A stretch of DNA of 64,000 nucleotides from Haliotis asinina (taxonomy: Eukaryota), in the NCBI RefSeq assembly GCF_037392515.1, contig NC_090294.1:14411038-14475037 (forward strand), written 5' to 3'. Both the position numbers and the translations under genes were made by a program. This document shows positions 54,466-64,000 of the stretch, piece by piece; positions within the stretch are counted from its first letter, which is position 1, and the number at the start of each line of letters is the position of its first letter. Below the pieces are notes generated by a model. It searched no databases and was not told the origin of the DNA. It was given only the letters and a program-made list of their open reading frames with translations.

Positions 54466-57400
54466 GGTTGGAGAGAGACCATTAAAAGCATGTTCGTATA
54501 TTGTGATCAGCTGGCTTGTCAATTTCAAAAATAAGATCAGTCATCGTCACAGCCTAATCACTCGTTCATGGTAGTTAATATATAGTGTTGACTATCCGTA
54601 AAAAACAGGATATACTACCAAAAAACCTCATTGTCATCATTATCATTATTATGATTTGATCTGTTACGATTTCGATGTTTACTCACGATTTTCCTTGTGC
54701 AATGTTTTATTTTGGTAAAGTCATAGGGTATTCCACCAACAAAGTGCAGCCAGCCTAGCAATATGGCGCATGTGGTAAAGACAGAATATGGTAAAATTTA
54801 ATACAAAATTCGATATCGCATTCACGAATTTATTGTTGCGGAATTAAGATTGCAATTAGCAAATGGATATGGAAATTGATGGTGCTGACGGTAATACCCG
54901 AATTGTTAACAGAGTAGCAGACACCAACTGGAATTCATAAACTCGGAAATAAATCGTTAGTCGCACGCGAGAGAAATATACAAACCGTCGGGCTACATCA
55001 AACACATTTCATGCAGGCGTTTGTTCATACCCTCCCTTCATAACTACCATCCGCATAGTCACGCCTGAGTGAATACCAGCATCAACAGCTAATATCGTAA
55101 TTTGAAATATGGCTTAATCAGCGAGGACCATATGACAATCACTCTCAGCGTTGGGTTACAAAGGACTGGTGTTGTCATAAAACACTGAGTGACAGGTCCG
55201 TCAGTGGAAATAGACAACAACGGGAGGATGTACATAATATAATTACTGGACAAAGTCTCATCATTGTAATGGTAGCGAGTGTATAAATTTTATTATACTC
55301 CGGTATGAAACGTCGCGATTGTTAATACCGATATCGATTCTCGCTATCTGCATATTGGCTTCCAAGTATTTCGGTATCATTGAAATGAAGGCATACTGGC
55401 ATTGATGCCAATGGCAGGCGGCTGATCGAAGCGACGAAAGCTATTTACTATAAGCTGTCATTGTGTAATTGATTTTAAACGACACTCCATGCTTCCACGA
55501 TCCCATGCATAATTTGCAATGTGTGAAAATACACAATATTGTTCGGCAATTTAGTAAATGTGGTAACAGCGCTCAGCGGCATTAAAACCATCCTGTTTAC
55601 CGTACTGGAAGTCATGTCATTAAAGCTTATCCTCATTTTCGACAAAAGCTCCATGAAAAATGCAAATTTCGTCAACAAACAGAAAAATCGAAAGAAATCT
55701 GTTGCGTTTAACTAATTTGCGATGTCTTAGGAAGTCTAAACCTTCTTGTCCCTGTAAAATTGGTCCCAATTCTCACTGTACGGCGAGAAGGAATCATGTT
55801 ACTAGTCTCTGGAGTACAAGCGGCGGAGCGGCGATAACAAATTACTGCCACATAACATTGTTGTAATAACAGCACTTGGGAATGGCAAAGATATAATTCT
55901 TCTTCCCGTGGTCTCTACAGTAGATAGAACAGAGTCCCCGGGGGCGGGGCTTAAGTAGCACAAATAAGTCGTTTGAGAGCCGGTGATTTACCGAACGGGG
56001 CTGGGCGAACAAGTCGAGAGAGCTATCACTTTGGGCGTTCGGCTATGTAATTGCCTAAGACGTCTTCAGGTGGCCTATGTCGAGGTGAAAATTGAGATTG
56101 TCCGCGCGTGCAGCATCTAAAGTGGTCTTAATGCAATGCCGCCGCGGCAGACAATACAAAACCAGCAATTTAAACACATCTTGGTCAACAAGACTGCTTT
56201 AAAGCCAAGCGGAGTATCAATAGTTTTAAATGATTTCCCGCTATGACTCTAGGATCTCAGACGCGTGACAAGAGGAGCTCAAGCACTATGGGGACCTATC
56301 GCACAGACGGCGAAATGTGAGATGTCTGGCGGCGAAACGAGATAGAAACATTCATTTAAAAGTTTGGTCATACACGTTAATTCAATACTGTAAATACATA
56401 CACCTCGACATTACAAACCCGAGCCGATCATTATGTAAGGAAATATTGAATTATGTCCATAAACCTTTGGAATTCTCCGTCGACAGGGGTCTTTTGTTTG
56501 CCTTAACGACTTCTGAGGATGTATTCTCCAATTTTAATATGGAAGTGTCATTTATTTTCGGAGTGTTTTAAGTGTCTGCTAGCCGAAGACCAGGCAGATG
56601 GTGTGAGTGATTGTCCCACTGAATTTTCACATAAAAGAAACACTTTGCAGAGGCGAGAATGAGAACCAGGAACGGGAGACTGGATAATTTACAGTTATAG
56701 TCCTGCATCTTCTTGGCAGTAAAAGCGCCTGCATCTCCTTGGGCTTAATGTCTTCAAGTGACGTGGCTAGCTAAGGTGCCCTCGCTGTGTCCATATTGAC
56801 GACCAAGACGTTCTGATTGCAAACCAGCAAATTAGTCGAATTAATGAATTAATCAGCTACTATCCCTGATGAAGTGGGAAAATAGGCCGAATTCCCTGAC
56901 CTCTTGCTTGGCGCCGGAAATAAGAGCAAATTAATTCCGTCTACCGACAGCCATCAAATTTAGTGTTGGTTTGTGAGGTAACGTGGGGTCTGAGATATGC
57001 AAAGGGGGGAGGGGATGTTGAAGTCAGAACGGGTGGCGTCAAAAGCACTCGACCGCTGTGAACTAAACAAAAAGGTCCAAGGTTGTTTTTGTTTAACGAC
57101 TCGACACGTTAAGGTGCAAAGTGTCAGGAGTCTCGAATGGCTGGTGAAACGATTCAATAAGGCGGTGGTTCTTGTCGAGAAAGGAGGGGACCCTTGGTTC
57201 TGCTTGTGTATCTAATCTAAGCGTGTGTGGTTCACTTTATAGAGCCTGTGACAGGGACATGATCCTGTATCAAACGAGCAACCTGAGAACTTGATAAACA
57301 AACAGCGGCATTGGTGTCCTAACAGCAGGTATCACCCCGCACCCATACCTCCCTAATTAGGGTCCACCCGGGTCAAATTTTCACAGAGTTGCCATCTCCC

Positions 57401-59188
57401 AGGGAAGCCTGTTTCTTTAAGCTGGCAGTGTTCTAAGCGTGAAATGAATACGTTTCTAGCGTGTTTGCAATTGCTTCCGTCATGTGTGGAGAAACAATAT
57501 ATTACTGCTCGGGTAATACGAAAAGCTGGATCGATAAAACCTGGGTCGCTAGTTGAGGTTGGCAACCAAGTGTGCCCAGCGAATTTCAAACAGTGTATCG
57601 CTTTTACTTGATAGAAACCAACGCGGCATGGTTGGTCTGGTACCACGGGAGTCCAGAAACCCAGGGAATTGGGCCTAGGCACTCGCAGGATTTGTGGATA
57701 AAGTTATCACACACCAAAGCACACTATTCAATAGCATTTTGTCCTCATTACAGTAAGGGGCCCTGTGGGGACGCATTTGATTGGCTAATCTGATCAGCGC
57801 GCGAGTTTGCTTGTTCAATTGCACATTCATTCGCTTGTTGTTGAAGAAGCCCCCGGAGACGATGTAATGCCTTGAGCTCTATGCAAAGTGTTTGTAAATA
57901 CACCGATTATCTTCTTCTACATTCTATCTATCAAAATTTAATCAGTGGAATGCGATTGTAAGAGCACCGGGAGATAAGAACCGACAACTTTAAAGCGCGC
58001 CTGCTAAAGATAAGGGGAGCGGGATGCGCACCGATCACGCAGTATACAAAGTGTAACGCACCCAAACGTTTTCAGAAAACAATGATAATTTTTATCATTA
58101 CGTGTTGCAAATCTATTAGAAAATGTTTAAAATTTCATACTCATCGACGACTGAATTGATTGATTATTTATATCAGTAGATTACCAAAATTGATGGAATC
58201 CGAAATCTTGTCCCATCTTGAGAAATCCCAATGCTGGCAGGTGAGGACAATCATGAATGCTCGGCACACAAAGCCGCAATGATGTCACGAATTCCTTAGA
58301 ACGAGTTCTTTGGAAATAATGCCCATTGTTGACAAGGCACCTTTATATTGCGTTACCAACCAAAACATTAGAATATTAATATCTATGAGTGACAAGGCCA
58401 CTTTTAATAATCAGCGGAAATTGGTTTTGGTCTGTCAGAAAGGATTGTCAAAATTACCTGATTGCCTTACACATGCAAAGCCATCAAAATTCATCAGGAA
58501 CATTAATTTGGCGTGGAAAAAGTCAGTCGTGCGCTTCCTTCCAGAACGAAATTATACTATGTATGGCCGCCTTGTCAACTGACGCCAGACCATACGGTAC
58601 TGGCAATAATCCGCTATCGATCTACGTCATAAATAAATAATAGGCATACGGGAGATGCACATATACAATAAGTGCGGGGACTTTACCCAAAAATGGCACG
58701 AGTTCCCCTGGGAAGTCGGGATAGATTGATTTCTAACACCGTATCTCTAGATGCAGGGACGGCACAAGGGATGGTTATGTTGGACGTTGGGCAATGCGCA
58801 ACAAGGTGGCATGAGTGGTTTCAGGGGTGATAATCTTCTCGACACTGCTCGCCAGTATACAAATAATAAAATGATGAAAAGTCACTTTCAATTTACCTGG
58901 AGATATGTCTTGGTATGAGCTTGATGTTTGAGTAAACTTGCCTAACATTTTCAAAATGCTTTCACATCTCAGAGGAATGTGTCGACTATTAGATTATTCG
59001 AATTACGAAATTATGAAAATGGCATGAAGGTTCATATTCATAAATTTCATTTGACAATTTTCTTCATCGAACCGTTGTTAAGGTTCCAAAAAAATCATGA
59101 AAAAAGATATAAAGATGTACTCTTTCTTTACTACCAATATCACACCTGCTATTTCCTGAGCTTCTATAAATACACAAAGCAGCATACA

Positions 59189-59228
59189 ACCACTACCACT
59201 ACCACTACCGCTGCTGCTGCTACTACTA

Positions 59229-59259
<31 letters not shown>
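59189..59259. repeat. Trinucleotide microsatellite, (ACT)/(ACC)n, the complement of the AGT array at 54.4 kb
   Basis: accactaccactaccactaccgctgctgctgctactactactaccactactactactactactactac. The poly-Thr ORF at 58979-59332 is repeat translation. Confidence 0.85.
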
Positions 59260-62200
59260 ATGTCACCTAACTGCCTTGCATCATGAAGAGAGACGGGAGC
59301 CTACAGGTAATCCCGCAATGTCTGACATATAACTAAAAACGGCTTAAAGCTACGATCACTCTTTCAAAGAAAAGATCATAATTTTAGTCATCATAATAAA
59401 TGTCTATTCTGATGATTACAACTAATATTCCACATAATTATACTGATATAAATCTTACTTTTCTTAAACAAACGTTGACCTAATATGTCCGATAATTCTC
59501 CCGCAGCAACTAATTACAATGGTAGTATCTCCGCAACGACTGTCTGGCGTTAGACGAGGACCTGACACATCTCTTCTCGTTGCCCCCTCCTGTATCAACA
59601 ATGAAATACCTAGGCTGTATACAACTGCGCTGACACCCTTGCTCCCTCACACAGCCTGGACACTTGTCTCTGTTTGTGCTCCTTACCTCGCAAGAGCGCT
59701 CCTAACATTTGATATCCTTTTGTTACAAGGCAATGGAAACCACCTTCCGATCTCTGTACGTCAAGGAAAACAGCTTATCGTCGTTTCCACATCAAACGGT
59801 TTTCTGCGAACCAGAAAATCTGGTCAGGATTATGGCGCGTTGGGTTCCGTTTCTTCAGTTGGGATTACTGATATTTAACTTTATCTAAATATTTTTCTTA
59901 TAACTGAATGTGTTCGTTGCATATATTTTTGATATCTCAGTTCATATTATGTTAACACCAGGTTAGTTTCGTGGTGCGGGTCATTCTGTTTGGGAGGTCC
60001 GTTCTAGTTACTGTTGGTCCAGATGATTCTAATGTATAAAATAAATAGGAAACCCTCTCCAGAGGAGGTGTGCATGTCTCCCTTCACTATGTAACTGTTT
60101 CCATATAAAACATCAACTTTGGATTATCCATACATCATTATAAAGTACGTCCCAAAATTGTGATATTTTTCAGTCTATGAAACAAGTGTTAAGCGGAATA
60201 TTTACAAAACAATAATGCCTAATGTCAACATTTGCCTCCGATAGTTATAAAGCAATTTCCAATGTCTGTTATAATTGCCAGCATCTATTTTTCATTCAAT
60301 TTTCTCAGCATCAATCCTTTCAAAATTAACGAAATTCCAACCGTTTAACAGAAGCCATAATTAATCGATAATATCTTTGGACGTAGCTTTCCCGTCGACT
60401 CGATCTCATCAAAGCTCAGTAAACGGTCTCAAGCTTGAAACAGGACTCAATACATTAAGCTGGAGAACAAACACGTCATGTCGCTAACGGTAAACTGGAG
60501 GAATACAAGAATGAAATGTAAAAGTCAGTTCCCCGTCTACCAGCTGTCTTCCTTTTATGAAATCTAATTTGTCAGTTATTGCATATCTCTTGAAATCGCA
60601 CTGTGAAAGTGCTCTATATTTACCGACATTGGCTTCTAATTGAATGATGTAGCGAGCGCCATTAAGAAGTATCCGTGTCGGGCTGGCAATCGTTGAATGA
60701 TACGCCATTCACTCATGTGCATAGAGTATTAGTCTGTTTATTCGCATTGCTTTCATTCAGCAGTTGGATGCCCACAGTCGATTTCTCGCTAAATTTTTGT
60801 TTCCATGTCCCCAAAATGCAATTTAGTAGCCTAACGCGAGCTATAACTCTAAACTATGGTTTTACTCCGCTTGCCGCCAAGCCCCAATTACACGAACAAA
60901 CGGTAGCATCGCGCTAGAAAAATAGGCTAAATTTTGTTTTATCGTGTATAAACGTAATTTTACCTCCAACACAGTGTCCTTAGCTGCGGGGACTATCACC
61001 AGGAATGAGTACATTTGCATCTTTGGTCTCATATTATCGTTGTCATATGGAGCTAGGACTGCGATCGATATACTGTACCTTTTGGTCGAGACAATTAAAA
61101 ACAAGGCAAACCAGAATCGATACTTTTCTCGCCCTTTAGTTTTCAAAAACATGTTTTTTACCTATATCTGTCATGTTAAAATGGAGCTTTCCTACAACGA
61201 AGGAGATACATATGTTGAAAGTATTGCTGAAACCGAAGACCAAAACAAAATGTATATAGGTAGTTTGGTGTGTCGAGATATAGCAACGATCACCTTTGTA
61301 AGCATTCTCAAGGTAAACTTAAAATCATTAATGTATAACATTATTATGTTTTAACACATTATGCAAGATGATCACAAAGCGTGAGAAGTACACTTTAATA
61401 GTAAACTTTCCTGTCGGGATCTTCACGCGAGATAACAGTTATCTTTTCCAATATAACACGTTTGCTATTTTTCACATTGACAAGACTCAGTAGCATCAGT
61501 AGGTGTGATCTCCGCTTGACGGCAACTCCGCGTCAAGAGGACCATAAATTGTGAAACCTTTGGCAGACGAAACATCTTCCCACAGATTCAAGCTTACTAG
61601 TTCTAGTCTTGAAATATTCATCTCTCGGCTTCCGACTCGATTTTTCCCACTTTCCTGCCCTAGACAAGCTTAACAAAGAAACGCCAATCTCCCTCACAAG
61701 CATCTGGTCTGGCTAATAAATTCATTTGACATTTTAGTCCATATTGGTCGTGGAGGAGACTCTCACCCCAGCGTTCGATCCCACGATGGAATGAGCTCGT
61801 CTGTTAAACTCGGGAGGTTGTCGTGTGATAGCCTTTGCAGCTTGGCGTCGGCTTTTAACATTCAAATGAATATATTTATCCTATCTTCTGAGCTATATTG
61901 TTTCTTTAAACTACTACAAGAAAAGCCAGGAGGTCATAAATAATATGCCTCCTTGATAAAGCAGATGTGTGCTCATGACCAGAGTATATCCTTGGTACGC
62001 ATCATGGACATATTCGGAAAATGTGGCCGTACAACTCTGGACAAATAAGGCTTCATCATTAACGTAACAAAATAAACAGCATGTTTTGCTTGATAGCGTA
62101 TTCCCATGTTCAAATTTGCTCATTTGAATATCATCAAAATACGTGCCTGTGCCAAAGCCCTGTCCAGTTCATAATAGACATACCGTCCTATGAAGGAACG

Positions 62201-64000
62201 CCCGTAAAGAAGGAACTGGCAAAGTAGCATGTTAGAACAAGCTGTGTTCTATACAACCATAGAACACAACCGCATGGTCCTAAATACGCCGACAAACGCC
62301 AATACTCTCAATCCAGGCCCAGGAAAGAGAGAGATACTCTCGATGCCAGCTCGTGATAAAATCACTCGACTTGGTAGCATATAAAATCCTTCCGTGCGCA
62401 AATCAGCCGGCAGATATCTCCCAATAAAGAAATTAGTCTTTCTCTCGGCTGTGGAGGACAATTTAGAAGACAATTACGGAGGTAATGTGATCCGCAACAA
62501 CAGAAATCTTCCTCTGCCTTTGAATTGAGAAGATCTGGTCTTTCTAGTGAGAGTATTATGTGTCAGTGCTTGTCAATCAAGCTATCTAGTCGTCACGGGC
62601 GTTAATTAACGGTTAGAATAGCTCTATATATTAGTTTGCGAGCAACGCGAACAAACCAGCGTGTTCCTCGATAAGGGCCTCTCCGTTCCCTCTATATGCC
62701 CGGTGTGAGCATACTAAACAACAAATGTATCATTCTTATTGGACAGAGGATTGATGTGTATAGTTCTTTTAATAAAGATACAACAGCGTCCAAATGACAA
62801 TGGAACATCATCATGATCATTATTATGATCATTATTAATGTTATGTCAATATCAAGTATGTCGGGGTGGCGCTATGTATCGAAGTGACAAAAACATTGTT
62901 TATAGTCGCGGTGGAAGTATTGGAAGTATCTGTTAAATGTGCATTTCAAAACAGAAAGAAATCCTATCAGCAGATTAACCCCCTAGATCAAATTTCTGTC
63001 GTTAACAAATTAATTCTATCTTAAGCAATAGCTAAAGAACATCACATGTTGGAAATTAGTCCAAGCAGTGTCATTAGCTCCATCGACGCGTCGTCCTGAA
63101 CAACGACTGTTGCTCTGGGTCGACCTTCCCTGGTCACGAATCCCTAGACGCGGCTATGTGATAACAGGACAAATTATCACTTCCACTGGCTCACATCTTA
63201 ATAACCTTTATGGAATACGTTACAATTTCATAAATAGCCACCTCTGGCAGCTCGACCACGCGAGAAGCCCGTGCTGCACGTGGCAGCGCCCGGCCAGAAC
63301 CACCTAACTCCGTCAAGCCGTAGAGCAACGTAAATATTTTCCCCATTAGATAATCAAAGCTCATCGAACGGAGACCATGAGGGTTCTCAAGTGTTTCTCA
63401 AGCCTGTGTTAAGCCGATGCTAAGATGAACTAGTGTTGAAGTGAGCCATCGCTGGGCAATAATCCCTTTCACCATTAGCCTGTCTGCACGGTCTCGTCGT
63501 GTGCCACTCAGTAACTGCCGCATCAAGACAAGATGACCAAATCAAATTTTGTCGAAGCAGTTTACCTTCAAACCGAGATTTGTCCAAGTCTCCAGCCTCT
63601 TGCCTCTCAAAGCAAGAGCGTCCTGTTGCAAGATTACACAGCCAAGAACGCCGATCTCCTGAGTTTAATTCAGTGTTAATGCTTAGAAGGCACGGGGGAG
63701 AAAGCAGATTAGGAACAAGACAACGAGTGCCTTGTTTATTGAAAACCTCGGCTTCGGAGGCAGGTGTGATGTTGGTGGTAAGATGAGGGAAGATGTTATA
63801 GGGCAAGGTACACAGTAGTGATGACGCCTAGCAGTGTTGCACTCATCAAACTTGGATGATGCCAAGCAAAATCAAACTGCAACTGCCGTCAATTCACTTG
63901 TTGGTACAGCAGATAGAGAAGGCTTGCGGAAGGGACAAGGGTGTTACTCGAGAGAACCATATATGTTTAATACATTCGAGTCAGTTTCTATATATGTTGT

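Overview
This is AT-rich, repeat-dense eukaryotic (metazoan) DNA, not a prokaryotic locus. The only long ORF is a Tc1/mariner transposase, and there is no CRISPR array, operon or defence-system architecture. All other six-frame ORFs are under 140 aa and mostly fall in tandem repeats or SINE copies. The lineage cannot be fixed from sequence alone, but the repeat content points to an invertebrate, perhaps a mollusc. I can support five things:

- **Tc1 element (6587-8198).** It looks complete: 26-bp terminal inverted repeats (24/26 match), TA target-site duplications, and an uninterrupted 341-aa DD34E transposase.
- **tRNA-derived SINEs.** At least nine copies carry an A-box/B-box head, a conserved core and an (ACTCA)n tail. 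A related subfamily shares the core; two of its copies are inverted pairs.
- **Tandem repeats.** A ~1-kb 21/63-bp minisatellite, an 87-bp satellite, 17-bp, 22-bp, 118-bp and ~80-bp arrays, and several microsatellites including (CT)33 and compound (ATGT)n(ATTT)n(GTTT)n.
- **A minus-strand HLH gene (about 29.3-31.3 kb).** Three exons have canonical splice sites and mutually consistent phases. They encode a helix-loop-helix domain followed by an S/G/Y/N-rich tail. A CCAAT box lies upstream.
- **Low-confidence candidates.** A CpG-rich promoter-like island with a possible plus-strand first exon (28437-28556), a signal-peptide ORF (38529-38849), and isolated candidate exons.

The most interesting content is the HLH gene and the apparently intact Tc1 copy.
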